A stretch of 64,000 nt of DNA from Nymphaea colorata (taxonomy: Eukaryota): NCBI RefSeq assembly GCF_008831285.2, contig NC_045138.2:12462001-12526000 (forward strand), given 5' to 3'. A program made the translations under genes and the position numbers. Shown piece by piece: positions 38,289 to 52,454 of this stretch. Each line of letters opens with the position of its first letter. Within the stretch, counting starts at the first letter, position 1. Below the pieces are notes generated by a model. That model worked only from the letters and a program-made list of their open reading frames with translations. It did not search any database and was not told where the DNA came from.

Positions 38289-39119
38289 CTGTCAATACAA
38301 ATGGTCAATTGAAGAGCTCAACAGAAGACCTACACAGCTATCCAACGAAGCATCAGAAGTTATATAGAAGTCATCTCAGTAAAAAGGTCCCAAAAATAAA
38401 GACCATTTCAGTGAAACAAATCCATGGAAATTTTCATTTAATCTATATATGCATCGTATAAGTCTTGGTCTTAAGCTTTAATAAATCAGCAACCAGCACT
38501 TACTATCAACTCACTTTCTAACTTAGACCCCAACCCCATCATGAATTGAGTGTCATCCACTAAGATGGCCACCTATGCCATCACTATTTCAAAGTATCAG
38601 TACCATTTTTGTACATATGATTGTGTATGAGTGTTTAACTGCATATGAGAGATATTCTGTTCCACCACAGAGAATTATTTTGTTCTTACATCCCAAAAAA
38701 AAGGGTTTTCATAATACATCAGAACAACCATTCTATGCTATGGGATCTAATCCAATCATTCATAAGAACAGATTCATTATTGGCTAAGCTAATATAATGA
38801 TCATTTGTTAATAAAGTGAATATCAAAACCATATATATATATATAGAACTGATATCCTCCAGCCATCTGAAGCTCCGTCCAATCATGGCAGCCCGAATAA
38901 TGCATCATTTAGTGACCGTAATTAAACACACCAAATGCACTGCATCGGTCGGTGTGTTGTGAGAGGCCTGAGGGTTTCACCATCCAAACTGGGATGAAGG
39001 AATTCACAAATCATATATATATTCATTCTTTTATTGTTTCTTTTTGCTTTTTAAGCTACTCCTGTGTGTTGTGAGAGGCCATAGGATTTCTCCATCCAAA
39101 CCAGGATGGAGAAATTCAC

Positions 39120-39161
<42 letters not shown>

Positions 39162-39544
39162 CCTTTTTTTATGTTTTTCTTCTGTTTTTTTGGCTTTTTA
39201 ATCTGCTCTAGGCAGCTTTGAGCTACTTGTCAGCATTGTCACAAATATCATTCTTAGGAAAATATTGCAAAGTTTTTCTCTGGTATTTTTTGGGGAAGTT
39301 GCTTTCCTCAGGAAAATTTAGGGAAAAATCTTGGCAAATTTAAAAAAAAAAAACATAAACATTAGTGAAAAAAATAAATGAGAAATTAATAATCAGAAAA
39401 AAGTGAAGAAAACACCAAAAACATCACGAAAAACCAAAGATATTCATTTTTATGAGATTTTCAAAATCTCGCAAGGTTTCCTGAATTTGTCTTTTTACTT
39501 GTTTTTCTTGGTGAGATTTTTGAAAATCTCATGATATCTACGAT

Positions 39545-42500
39545 AGTGCTCATTGGGTAGCTGCAATGGTTAGCTCTTTGTAGAGAGCAACTCCTTTCTC
39601 CTCTGTTATCCCTGTGTGGAGTGCTTATTATTCTTCTACACTTTCATCATTCAATAAAGACTATCAGTTGTGATCTCCACTGTCTACCAAGTGTTTGAGA
39701 TATTGTTCTTTGTACTTCTTGTACCATGTGCTTGACACTTTACCTGGTCTTTCATTACATGGTATCAAAGCTTGGGGGGAGTGTTACACTCTTACTTTGT
39801 GGCCATCTTTGAGGACTGTTTTCAACAATCCTTTCTCTTGGAAAGTTGCATTCTTATAAGCAGATTTTGGTGGCTGTTCTCCCACCTGCTATTGGAGTTA
39901 TCTTGTTGCTGCTATCAACTTCTAAATTGTGCCCCTAACCTTAAGAGATTCAATCTCAACATATAGCAATTTTGTTACGAGGATTATAAATGGCCTAACT
40001 AGCTCGCTTCAATGTCTCTTTTCTTTCTTTTACCTTTGTTTTTTCCAAAGTGAAAGACAAAGAATTTGGTTCCATGTCAACCATCCCCAAGCTTTCTTCC
40101 TCCAATTACAAAACATGGGCCTTGTCCCTAAAACATACTTTTTGGGGGAGAAATCTTTGGGGTTATATTGATGGATGCAAAAGATGAATTTCAACATATT
40201 CTTACAAAAATGTTGATGGAAAAGAAGTTGAATAGAATTAGAATGAGAAAGAAGATGGTCACAAAAAATATAACAAGAAATGAAGAGCTTGGAAACGTGG
40301 CCATAAAGTTATTCATAGGCTTCAAATTGTCTCACTCAGCCAGTCAAGCCAAATATCCAAATTTCAATTAGCTTATGATGTTTCGAATTACACAAAAGAG
40401 ACATTCACTTTAAAGGATGTTGCACATAAAACAAATCACAGAAGTATCATACTTGCTCAACATGGGGATAAAACTATTAAAGAATTTTATAGTGAGATAA
40501 TGCAACTCCTAGATCAACTTCTTCTATGTGAACCAAGGAAGACAACAAATTTAGCTCTCAAAAAGGCAACAACTTGAAGAAGATAAACTTCATAAATGTA
40601 CAAATGGGGTGCAATCAGAATTTGAAGAACAGTCAATTCTCTTTTATAGAGAGCATCCACCTACCTGAATTGACTATGAAAGAAACAAGATTATCTAGCT
40701 AAAATCACAAGAATGACAGTGTGTTTGACATGTCCAAATCTGGTCACAATGTGAAGCCTCATAGACCTCCACATTAAACAAACAAAACAATGAAGAATTC
40801 TACAAAAATGTGATATGTCATCATTGCAAGCAACTGAGATATATTCAGCCTAGATGTCTCAAGTTGAAGGACGAAAAGAGAGTTGCTACTTTGGAATGCA
40901 AAAAACTCTCTGACTAAAATTTAAGTTTGTACGGGAGGAAGCAAGCTTTCATATAACAAATTGTTCAAGCTCTACAACTGTTGAACTACGGAAACCATTC
41001 ATTGCAGTCATCTTTTCATATTTCTAAATGAAGGTAAAAATCCTTAACTTTTGGACTTAGGTGCCTCCTTTCTTATTATTCCTAATGAATAATTTCTTTC
41101 TGAATGTAAATATATCTTCAAATAGTTATACCATGGCCAATGGCACAAATCCGAGTATCAAAAACCTTGGAAAACTTGAAAAGAATCAAAACTCTGAAAT
41201 TTTTGAAGTTTCTAATGTTCAATGTATTCCTAAAGTAAACTTGAATCTTTTATTTGTTTCTCAAATAACCCAACCATGGGTACAACGTTATCTTCTCATC
41301 CAAAGATTGTATTGTGCAAGATCACCAGCCTGAGAAGCAGATTATGGAAGGTCATAGACTAGGAGACTTGTACTACATGGATTTTCTTGATTTAGGACAA
41401 AAACCTTTTTATAACTTTGTGAATAAATAGGTATAGAGATTCTTCACAAAGATTAGGGCACCTTAGCTTAAAAAAATTATTTTCATTATCATTTGTTAAG
41501 GAATTTTGGAAAACTAAGACTTATTTTGTATAGATTGTACCTCGGAAAAATAAAAGCATTTCAATTTGGTTCAAGAAATTTTCTCTCCTCCCAACCCTTC
41601 GAATTACTTCATTTAAATGCATAGGGACGGGCACCAGTAGCCTCAAAAAGAGGCTTTTTTTATTATATTGACTTTTTCAATGACTTTACTAGATATAAAT
41701 GGATATATTTCTTCAAATTTAAACCTAAGTTCTTAAATATTGTAACATCTTTCATAAATTCATTCAAACTTAATTTAATGCTAACCTTATCTTTCTAGTG
41801 ACTTTAGAAAATATTTAGAAGATACCTTAACAAAATGGATTAGTCAAAAGAAACATAGACATATCATTAAAACTACTAGAACGTTATTCCATGAAATGTG
41901 CCAAAACAATTTTGCACCAAAGTCACACGTACAACTGTCTATTAATAAATAGAATGGCTTCTTCATGTCCTCAAAATCTTTCTCTTATTTACAAACTTTT
42001 GAAGATAGAGTGTGACTATAATTGTCTCAGAATATTTGGATGAAAGTGTTTTGTTTTAGTCTAATCAAAATGATAATTTTCTAGCAAAGCTATTCCTTGT
42101 ACTTTCATTGGATATGCCAAAAATAAAAAAGGATATAAATGTTATTATTTGAAAATGATGAACCCTATGTATCAAAAAATGTGTTTTTCATTGAAAACAA
42201 AAACGGTTTTGATGAAAGTCTAGCTGAGTCGTCGTGATGATGACATAGAGAATCTTGAACCTAGTTCCATTGATAATGAGACCACCAATGAGAATATAAG
42301 TGAGCTTATCGATCAACCCGAAAACTAGAAATATGCCTATTAGTGAATCTCCCAATAGAAATGAGCAAACTTTTGTTAGAAGATGTAAAAGAATCAAAAG
42401 ACAATCCATAATATTTGTTTCATATGAAGCATTTCCCCAAATTATAAATCACGTCTCATGGCTATTCAATCTTTTGAATAACTTGCTATCATGACGTTAA

Positions 42501-45500
42501 AGACAAATGTCAACGGGTAGAAAGTATGAAAAATGAACTAAATGCCCTTGCAAGTTGTAAATCATAGGAAATTGTTGACCTCCCTAAAGATAAAAGGCTT
42601 ATAGCATGTAGATGGCATATGGAGTTAAAGCTAAGAGTAACAATGCCTTGAAAGACATAAGGCCAGATTAGTTGCTAAAGGCTATGCACAAGAATATGGT
42701 GTAGATCATAAATAAACTTTTGTTCCTATAGCTCGCATGACATTTGTCAAGATTCTTATTGTTGCTGCCTCCATTAAATGGTGGTCACTTATCAAATAGA
42801 TGTTAAAAATGTCTTTTCAAATGCTGAGCTTAATGAAATTGTATACATGGAATGTCCTCCTGCATGAACCTTCCTCAAATAAAGCTATTTGTCTTACAAA
42901 GGCCCATTATGGCTTAAAGCAAGTGCCTAAGACATGGTTTAATTAGTAAAGTTATGGAATAATTAATTATTTTAAATCTTGTATACCGACACTACTTTTT
43001 TGTACAAATTTCTGAAGAAGGAATCGCCACATTATTGTTATATATTGATGACATGATTATAACTGAAAATCACAAACAAGGAACCACAAAAACTAAAAAC
43101 ATTCTTAAACAAAAGTTTAACATGTCTGATTTAGGATTTATAATATAATCTCCTGGTATTGAGGAACCTATTGTTCAAGATGGCTACTCCTATCACAAAC
43201 TAAATATGTTTTCTAACATTTTTGAATGTTCATGTAGCACAAACAAAATGAAGATCACCAATATAGAACTTTTGACTAATCCCACCCCCTACAAACAACT
43301 TATTAAAGGCATTGTCTTTTCTTGTCATAGCAAGACCTGATATAGCTCATGTTGCTCATGTGATTAGGCAGTTTCAACATGCTTCGACTACAATACACAA
43401 GGGAGTTGTCCTATGGATGATAAAATATGTTAAGGATACTCTCTGCAACAGCTCTTCCGGTCACCTTCATCATCTTTGGATGTCACTGCATGTACGGAGG
43501 GGTGGAAATCAAATCGGCCTGCACCGGCCTGCTGGTCAACTTGTAAAGGCCCGATGAGCCCATATGGTCTAGACCCAGTCCTGTACCCGGCCCGATTATT
43601 GCCGGGTCACACTAGGTCTGAGTCTAATTGGATCATGGGCTGGCATGACCTGTGTGATACCATTTCAACCTGCTGGATTAAGAAAAAAAAACAACAAAAA
43701 ACTAAAACCTTTGTTAGAAAGAGGGTTTCAACTACCATTTGGAACCCTCGATCCAACGAGGGTCTCAACCTTTAAAAAACGAAGAAAAACGGTTGAAACC
43801 CTAATTCGAATGAGGGTTTCAGCGATTTTGATTCAATAGCTCTTTCTAATGAAGGTTTCAGCTACTGTCTGAAATCCTCGATCGAATGAGGGTTTGGACA
43901 ATGAGTGTTTCAGTAGTTTGGATTGAAACCCTCGTTTGAACAAGGGTTTTAGGCTATGCCATGGGTACGGGTACGGGTGCCGGTGCTGGTACGGGTATGG
44001 ACCATTTTTAAAAAACTTGGGTACGGGAGTACGGCCGTACAAACACACATATTTATGTCAAAAAATTTCAAACAGAAAAACATATTCGCACATATATATA
44101 TCAAAAATTACAAACAGAATAACATATTGTTATATTCATAGGTTTTACACAAAGATGAAAAAACTGCAATAGGAGACTCAAACATGTCTCATTGCCGAAC
44201 ATCAACACATTGAATAATTCCAAACACTCTATAAAATCCTGGGTCTCATAAAGAAGGAAGATCTTGGATTAATAAACTCCAACCTTAAGAAAAGAAAGAA
44301 GGACAAAGAACCAGACGAACAAAAAGCACTTGAACCCTGTTTGAGTCCGATATTCAGCAAGAGACCCAGGGGCTCGTTTCACTCCAACACATTTCCAATA
44401 TTATGAAAAATCAAGCAATGAAGTTCATTAAATTCAAGAAAAAAAAACATAAAACAATTTCATGTCAATTGAACCAAACAAAAGACCCAGACGAACAAAA
44501 AGAACTTGAATTCGAAAACGAGAAAAAAAAGAGGTACAACAAGCAACAATTTTACGAATACAAAGAAAAGGAAAAAGAAGAAATGGGACAGAGAGAACGA
44601 TCGGTCAACAGCACTAGTAAAGTAGGAAAACCAACCACGACTCATGAAACCAAGAGAGAATAGGCAGGAGAAAACCACACAGAACCGAAAACAGAAAATA
44701 GAACAGGGGTAATAGACACAAACACAAACATTAGAACCGAAAACAGAAAATAGAACAAGGGTGGCACCGATGAAAATGAAAAGAAAAATGAAAAACGCGA
44801 AAAAAATACCGTGACAGTCGCCTCCTACCGTCGCCGTTCCGCCCCTGCGTTCGCCGCCCCTGCCGCTGCCTTCATCGCCGGACGTCGCTCAGTGAGAGGT
44901 AAGACAAAAACCCTTAAAACTTAAAACGAAAACATGTTTTAAGTTTTAAGGGTTTTGAACATTCTTTTTTTTTTTTAACGTTAAAATGGTTTTAAAAGAA
45001 AAAATCAAATAATCGTTAAAATTAAAAACAAACATTTTTGGACTCGGTCAAATTTGACCGTGTCCAAAAAAGGATGGATACAGCCTCCGGTGCGTTGACC
45101 GTACCCGGTACGGTCAACGCCGCACCATTGGCGTACCCAAGCCCGTACCAGTACCGGTACCGGGCGGGTACTCCTCCTTTGGAGGAGTACCCGTGTAACA
45201 TAGGTTTTAGGATTTTAGCTGCCATCTAAAGCCCTCAGTCAAATAAAACCCTCACTGAGGGTTCCAAGTTGAGGGTCAGCTCCCTCAACTTGAAGGTTCA
45301 GCTGGAACCCTTGATTTGAGCGTTTCCTGAAACCCTTAGGTCCAAGGTTTAGCCAAAGATTCCTTTGGTCGAGAGAGGAGTGTCAAATTATATGTACCAT
45401 TTTCTGTTTGTGTCAGTGTGTGTCCACGTATATGTGTGTCTGTGTGTGTATAGTATCGGATGTTGCATATCTATATCTACATATCCATGTATTTTTTTTT

Positions 45501-45818
45501 TTCTTTTGTATTTATTGTATATAGTTTCTGCAGCTCTAGGCGATTTTGAGCTTAGCCATTGCCAGCTCCAAATGCTACTTTCCTAGGTGTTGGGGCTAGC
45601 CAACAGTTTGCCCTTTGCTGCCCTCTAAAACCAGATGGCAGTTCTTTTATTCTGTTGTCCCTGTGCAGGAGTTCTTGCTATTATTACTCTTGTATATATC
45701 TTATCCATCAATAAAATTTTGAAAATTTTATTCTCTTGTGCTCACCAAGTGTTTGAGTTATTGTTCATTGTACTGCTTGTTCCTTATGCTTTGGCACAGT
45801 ACCTGGTCTTTCATTACA
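39545..45818 (+). mobile_element. Decayed Ty1/Copia element in C53 intron 7, antisense to the gene; 5' LTR ends 39759, 3' LTR 45381-45818
   Basis: Both LTRs end ACCTGGTCTTTCATTACA. PBS TGGTATCAAAGC at 39760; PPT GAGAGAGGAG before TG at 45381. Integrase and RT remnants (KARLVAKGYAQEYGVD, LLLYIDDMIIT, RPDIAHVAHV) in Copia order. The 5' LTR may begin further left, near 38585, interrupted by insertions. Confidence 0.88.
43954..45203. mobile_element. Non-autonomous hAT-type element (1250 bp) with an 8-bp TSD
   Basis: Exact GTTTTAGG duplication at 43946-43953 and 45204-45211. Ends CTATGCCATGGGTAC and GTACCCGTGTAACATAG. Subterminal GGTACG/CGTACC repeats at both ends. Confidence 0.88.
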
Positions 45819-47117
45819 CAATACCAGCCAAATCATCATGACATTCCAATGTGAACACTTTCCCGGATCAGATTTGCCATGAACATCAACTGACTGACCT
45901 TGCTTAGGAAACTCAGAGTGGCCCAAAAGAGCACATATTGGAGTTGCCAACAGTCTTTTAGGTTTTTTGACAAGGATGAGAAAAAGTTTGAAGTATCTAT
46001 ATTTATCTGTTTCAATATAACGAATTCACTGCCACCAAACATGACAAAGAATTTTCTTGTGATTATCTTCTTCGCCTCCATGTTTCCGTTTGACAGGAAA
46101 AGATTGACACATGTATTCATAAGAATGAGAATGAGCTGAGAACATGCTGAAAAAAAATGCACATCTAATAGTTATCATATTCTTCACATGAAACTTTTCA
46201 TTACCATTCCCTTTTAGAAAGCAGCATGTTGTCAGTCTGGTGACTGTCAACCTCAATAAATGACAGAAACATAACAACAAAATTATCTAGCAATGACATT
46301 ATTCATAAACATTGGATGGCACTATCCAGAAATAGAGTACTGTCTTAAATTGTGTAAAACCCATGCTTAAGAGAAGTCAATTTCTCTTGAATAATTTGAA
46401 GCACCCGGACAATAATCAACAAATACGAGTCACCAATATTGACAGTGGCCACCAATATCACCAACACCAGGAAATACTGTCACATGATTGCCATTTTACA
46501 GGAGACAGCAAATGTTTCAAATTATCGGTATACATCTAAAATAACACTAGAATCAAGAGTATCTAATGTTATATCAATATTATTCCAAAGTCTCAGAAAG
46601 GACAATTTAAAATTTTAAGTTCTTTCTAAGTACATGAATACTTTGATTTATGTCTTTCGTTCATTTTATATTTCCCAAAACTTTCTTAGCATCATTTTAG
46701 CCCCATGAATCAGTGTCAACAGGAGAAGCAGAATCAAGAAATCTGGAACTAATAGTCTCAGACTTCCTACCTGATCGCTAACAACCAAAGGTACACAAAA
46801 GGCCAACATTAAACTATGAGATGCATTCTTACCATTTGTCATCACATTTTCTCTATATTTACATAACAGAAAAGGGCAACTTAAACTAGGAGATGTATTC
46901 ATACTTACCATTTACCATCACCTTAACTCTGGAAAATACAAGCTACATCCACAGGGACACACATACAACCAGTTATACATCATCTCATACATCCATAGAA
47001 GCAAATAAAAACGAGGCAATGATAGTAGACTTCAATTCACAACTACTAAAGGGAAATAAATTATTCAATCCAATGAAAAAAGAGTATGAAACTCAAACAG
47101 TCAAATACATCAACTAC

Positions 47118-47675
47118 CTCAAACAGATCATCAAGGAGTCTGTTCCGATACTCTGTCTCTAAAAGTTTACTTCTAGGCTCCTCGTTGGCCTTGTTGATTG
47201 TACAGGTATTCAAATCAGAAATTTTAGGCTTCTGATCTGCATCAGGTATCCCATCTAACATTTCAACCGGAGTATTCTCAATATATATATCCCAGCATAT
47301 TTCCTGATCAGAACACTCTTTGCCAAGGCCACTCAACAATTCATTTGGTGAAACATGAAGAGAGTTTATATCACCATCTGACAATGGTTGGTGGACATTT
47401 TCTTCTGGATTGACAATTTCATTTGATCCAAATAAAGTTTCAGAATCCTCTGATTGATCTATAGGACCGATTTCCCAGTCAATACCAGTATTATCAAGTG
47501 TGATGTTCCAGTCAATGTCAACCACATCATGCTCTTGGTTCTCCACTATCGGCAAAGAAGAACTCATCTCAAACTGAACTTCTGAATCCACAATCTCAGG
47601 GTCCACTGATATATTAAAGGAAGGCGGATTGGTACGAAGATTTCTCAAATTTGACAGAACCGAGTCAGTCACCTT
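47118..47675 (-). CDS. C53: C53 exon 7 (disordered region with shuffled AIMs)
   Basis: ctgcag|KVTDSVLSNLRNLRTNPPS...DIDWNITLDNTGIDWEI...EICWDI...RSKLLETEYRNRLLDDLFE|gtagtt; 558 nt. Confidence 0.96.
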
Positions 47676-47803
47676 CTGCAGTCAAAGATAAAGAAGTAAT
47701 AATAAAAAGAGAAAATACAAAGTAATGTTTGTGTACACATAATTGCAGATTAAGGCCTCCATCAGTTTCGTTTATGTTTCAGATTTTAAATCCTTATGCT
47801 TAC

Positions 47804-47953
47804 CTCTGTATCAGTGTGAACATCTGTCACAAAATTCAAATAATATTCTGTAGCTTTTGATACTGAATCACCATTAAGAACCTCACAAGCCTTGCAGAAC
47901 GTATCAGAGAGAGATTTTGCAGACTCCAAAAGTTCAACTTTGATGTTATTCCC
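47804..47953 (-). CDS. C53: C53 exon 6
   Basis: GNNIKVELLESAKSLSDTFCKACEVLNGDSVSKATEYYLNFVTDVHTDTE; 150 nt, AG/GT bounded. Confidence 0.95.
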
Positions 47954-48054
47954 CTTAAGAATCAATTTATAACAGTTCAACAATTAAACAAAAGGCACTA
48001 GAAATGTTTGCAGCAACTGTAAGTTCGAAAAAGATGGTCATAGCACAAGTAAAC

Positions 48055-48190
48055 CTGCAATCCTAGCTCTCGACAGGATTCTTCATATTTAGCGACTGAT
48101 AAAGATATAGCTCTTTTAATATCAACTTCTTTACGGTCCATTTCTGACAGCTGCTGCTGAAGCTTCTGTATTTGTTTCTTCTGATAGGGG
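48055..48190 (-). CDS. C53: C53 exon 5
   Basis: [45 protein letters not shown]. Confidence 0.95.
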
Positions 48191-48325
48191 CTTTAATGAC
48201 AAGGTACAAAGTGTCACATACCATCGCCATTGCCACAAAGCATAATAAAGGACAACACATAGAAACAAGATACTATCCTGTTGAAGTATTAGTCAAAGTA
48301 ATGTTTTAGTAGTAAATTGACATAC

Positions 48326-48420
48326 ATGTCATAATTCACGGTCTGAACCATAATTTGTGCAGCCTCAGCAAGAAAAAGATGATCCTTTTCATATGCTCGC
48401 ACAATGTTGATCCATTCACC
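48326..48420 (-). CDS. C53: C53 exon 4
   Basis: [32 protein letters not shown]. Confidence 0.95.
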
Positions 48421-48510
48421 CTGCAAAATTATCATCAGAAAAACAAACAAAGAAATAGAATGTGCATGTCTGAGAGAAGAGGAAAAATATATAAGACAAA
48501 CAATGCTTAC

Positions 48511-48605
48511 AGATGAACCAGAGGGACGACCGAAAATGTTCCTAGTCTCTGGAGTTGATTTCAGAAGAATTTCACTTATTTTTTTTGCATCCAGATATCC
48601 TATTG
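48511..48605 (-). CDS. C53: C53 exon 3
   Basis: [32 protein letters not shown]. Confidence 0.95.
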
Positions 48606-49204
48606 CTGAAAATAATTTATGTCAAATTTAATAATAATGTGGAAATTTCAAAATACCTTAAACTTACAATACAAACAGATTATAGATAGAAGTGCAAATG
48701 TTACAGTTAGAAGCATGTTGGACATGAGGGCACATCAGCTGTGGTCAGGCACTCCTTGTTCAGGTTTGTGGGCTCCTATGCACTAACTGCTTGCAAAACC
48801 ACTATTTAGAAGTGGTTCCAGCATACTGAGGCTTTGGCAAAGACCCGTATTGCTTGTCATATCCAAATCCAATTCTGGCAATAATCTTATTAATTCTCAG
48901 AATGTATGTAATCTCACAAAGAAAACACAATAATCACACGAACACATAACTGATACTGCACAATCATGATAAGTTTCGAAGGGATGCAATGACCCTAAGC
49001 CTTCATTTCAAATAAGGCTACATCACTAATGTCTTAAGTTGTCTCGCTATAAACAACTTGCAGAAGTTTGCTTGAGGCCCATACTTCATCAACCGCCAAC
49101 CAAAAAATACAATAAGGATCATGTTGTTTCTACACTATGTAATCATCACCTTAAATACCTAGTGAAGACCAACATTAACTTTGATCCAACCCTGTCTCCT
49201 TTGA

Positions 49205-49338
49205 TACTGATTTCAAATTTATTACTTTCCTACTAAATTATGTTCTAAACTTTTTTAATATCTAGCACTTGTACTGATTTCAAATTTATTACTTTCCTAC
49301 TAAATGATGTTCTAAACTTTTTTAATATCTAGCGCTTG
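49205..49338. repeat. Tandem duplication, 2 x 67 bp, in C53 intron 2
   Basis: TACTGATTTCAAATTTATTAC...TCTAGC(A/G)CTTG at 49205 and 49272. Confidence 0.92.
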
Positions 49339-52236
49339 TAAATTACTTGCACAAAACTGTTTTTCTTGTTCTTGTTATTTTTTCTCAAGATCATCTTTGA
49401 AACCAGCTTTCTTTTGTTCAGTGGTTTTAGTCACTTTCCTACTTTGACTAAGGCTACATCAAAATGTCGGACTACTCTGGTTGACCATCACAACTCCAGG
49501 GTTCTTAGTCAATCTCAAACTGTTTAAAATTTTAAACTATTGTGATGTTACTTTCGAGAAACAACTCTAGGGACCATTGTTCACAAACATAATTCTTCAG
49601 CATTTATCAGTAAGGTTTTTCCAAAAAAAATTATCCTTGTTGGGAAATCTCAAAAACTAAAAGAACCTAAAAATAAATTAAGAATAATATAAGAAAATGT
49701 GGAATTATGAGTTTTATCAGTATTTTCATAATTGTTCCACAAAAATATTGATAAAGATTCAGAATAGTTTCTAAATTTAAAATAAAAGAAATGGAAGACA
49801 TAAGGCTAAAGCACATATAGTAAAGGACTTTCCAGAAAAATGGGAAAATGCCATGATATCATTACGATAGTCACCTGATAAATTTACTGCTCTTTTGAAA
49901 ATATCATGATGTTTTCTCGATAACAACATTTTTCTTCCTTTTTGGGGATAATATCCCCAATATTTTCAAAATATCACCAACATTTTCAACAATGCTAAGG
50001 ACTAGTGGACCTTCTCTTTGGAAAAGGTGAAGTTCATCTGAGTTGGGATTCTTATAGTCCCCATGCCTTTGTCCCGGTCATCCTTTGTAGACCCATTTGT
50101 TCTAAAGATTGTCTTTAAATATCTGTAGTGTGGAAGTAGAAGAAACTACTATAAATTTATAATGATGTTCCATCAACCATTACAAAGCTTCGAACATCGT
50201 ACTTAAAAAAGGTTAGAATTAAGGGGAAGAGTATTGGATGAATGCCAACATTTGCCATATAGTCAATAAGATGAATGCAACAACCTATCACATCATGTTT
50301 GTTTTTGAATGATGTCATAAGTGTGACAATTAAATTGGTTTGTTAATTTTGTTCCAAAAAAACATGACATCAGTCATTGATGTTGATTGTTTCTTAATTA
50401 GTGGATAATGCAAGGATTGGGGGCCCACATTAAAACTCCTGGAGCTGCTTCAAACAGGCTACTCAACTCATTAGTAGTGTATTTAGTTTATGTGAAATAC
50501 TATATACACTCCAAAAAGCCACCCTTTGGTAGATTCAAATCCAACTACCAAAAGAGGGAACGGAACAATACCAAAATCTCATCATGAGCAAGGTCCACCA
50601 TTTTTATAGTTAAATGCAGGAGCAGATCAATAAAAGAATGTTCCTATATCTATGATTTTGAGACATACATACGTGAGTAGCATACTGCATGTTATGGTTT
50701 GCAATCCTTTGTGGGTGCACACGGAGACCAGCTATAGGGTGGTTCAATCTTCCAAACTATGCACTTAGGTTAGGCTACATCATACAACACTCCTGAAAGG
50801 GCACCATCCCATGTGCCAACATGGGTGAGGGTACAGAACACAGCTGACTCATTTTTTTGTAGTTTTTGATACTTTTTGTTTAGTAATCTATATTTTATGA
50901 ATATCAATAATGAAGTATTTATTTGTTGCCATTCTGCGACTAAAACATGCCTCCATGCATTGTTGCCAAGCTTGTCCTCAGCAATTCCTAGGACAGTGCA
51001 TAAATGGTGAATCATGATTAATTGGCTAAAAGATTGATCAAGTTTGGCATATGAACACCTCGGCTTGTCAAAAAATTTTGTCATAACATCCACAGGTAAT
51101 AGAGATAATTTGTTCTGAAAACGCCATCCACAGTGATGATATCCCAGCTTTTGAATGCAGCCTAAGTTCAAAATGCGATGAATAAAATACAGTATTCCCA
51201 AACTGAGACTACAGTTTCGATCATGAATAGAATAATCAACTTAAGTTTGAAATACAACCGACTCGCATTTCAAAGTACCTGATACAACAAAGATACAATA
51301 TCAAGATACAAATGAAAAACCTATGTTAGACGGACAGAATAGCCTTTTACAAGAAAAAGTGAAGGGCCATTCTCTCCTTTAAGTTCCTAAAATTGGCAAA
51401 CACCAACAACCGGATTCTATTAACTATCAATAGTGTCCAGGAACACATAATGCCTTAAGGTGCAAGAGACCTTTGTTCTTAAAGTAATGTATGAAATAAT
51501 TATAAGAGATTAGAAACTTACAGTTCATCCGAGATAGAAAAGGATGCCATTTTCAAATTTAAACGCATTGACTGGAGAGTTCAACTAGAGGTCCATATGT
51601 CATCATGCTAAGAACTCATGGACAACATTGTGTTATCATCTCCAGAAGGGGCGAGGTCTACTCGTTGAATGGTCCTTAAACTTAGCAATCCTCCGAACAA
51701 AATTATTGAAGTCACGGTTCCATACTCGCCAAACATCCCTTTTGTTCTGATTGCTTCCATAATCTACCAAGAGTAAGCCGGAGATTTTCATGACGTGATC
51801 TTTCATACATCACGTAGACAATGAGGACTTACAACTTAAATTGTCTTAGCAAAGGGGATCGGCATAAACCCTATGAGAAACGAGCAATTTGGGAAGACTC
51901 GGTAACCCGAACTCGGAAACTTCTAACCAAACGCAGAAAGAAGCTTACTCGTGTGCTCATGTTTTTTTGAAAGATGAACGCTCCATCTACAAACGCAGTA
52001 GCCATAATAAAAAAATAACGTAGACTCGCATTCTCAAGATAAAGGAAGATAGGTCCAAAATAACGAACAACCCAAATTATGATGTTTCAGTCTGCTCTTC
52101 TTTTTTCTTCCTCTATCCTTTTTCTTCCTCTATCCTTTTCTAAGTTACGATTTCCATGTCAACACAATTGAGCAAGTAGCGAAACGCAGTGCAGAAAATA
52201 ACGAGAAAGCAAGAGAAGCAACAATCCGAAACTTAC

Positions 52237-52371
52237 AATCAGAATCTAAGGTCAGGAACAAGGGATCCAAATCCTTGGGTAGCGAACTGAAAGCCGACGA
52301 AATCCTAGCCTTCAACGACGCTAACCGTTTCCGCCAATCTACCGGGATCCTCTTCCGGTCGACCAGCCATT
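52237..52371 (-). CDS. C53: C53 exon 2
   Basis: EWLVDRKRIPVDWRKRLASLKARISSAFSSLPKDLDPLFLTLDSD; gtaagt donor. Confidence 0.95.
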
Positions 52372-52454
52372 CTTCCAATCCAAAACATATAGGAGAGTAA
52401 GGAAATCTCGAAGTCAACAACTAGCGAGAGAGAGAGAGAGATTCTTTCAATTAC

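Noticed and set aside
39229..39550. Possible MITEs at 39229-39550, 49570-49996, 35800-36250, 60630-60780 and 63120-63420
   Set aside because: Terminal similarity is weak and I could not verify TSDs, so they are not listed as features.
50000..52000. 143-aa ORF (50770-51201) and coding-like sequence in C53 intron 2
   Set aside because: Only a weak hint of a transposase remnant (a WSPCA-like stretch near 50720). I cannot assign it without a BLASTX search, and C53 needs no extra exon here.
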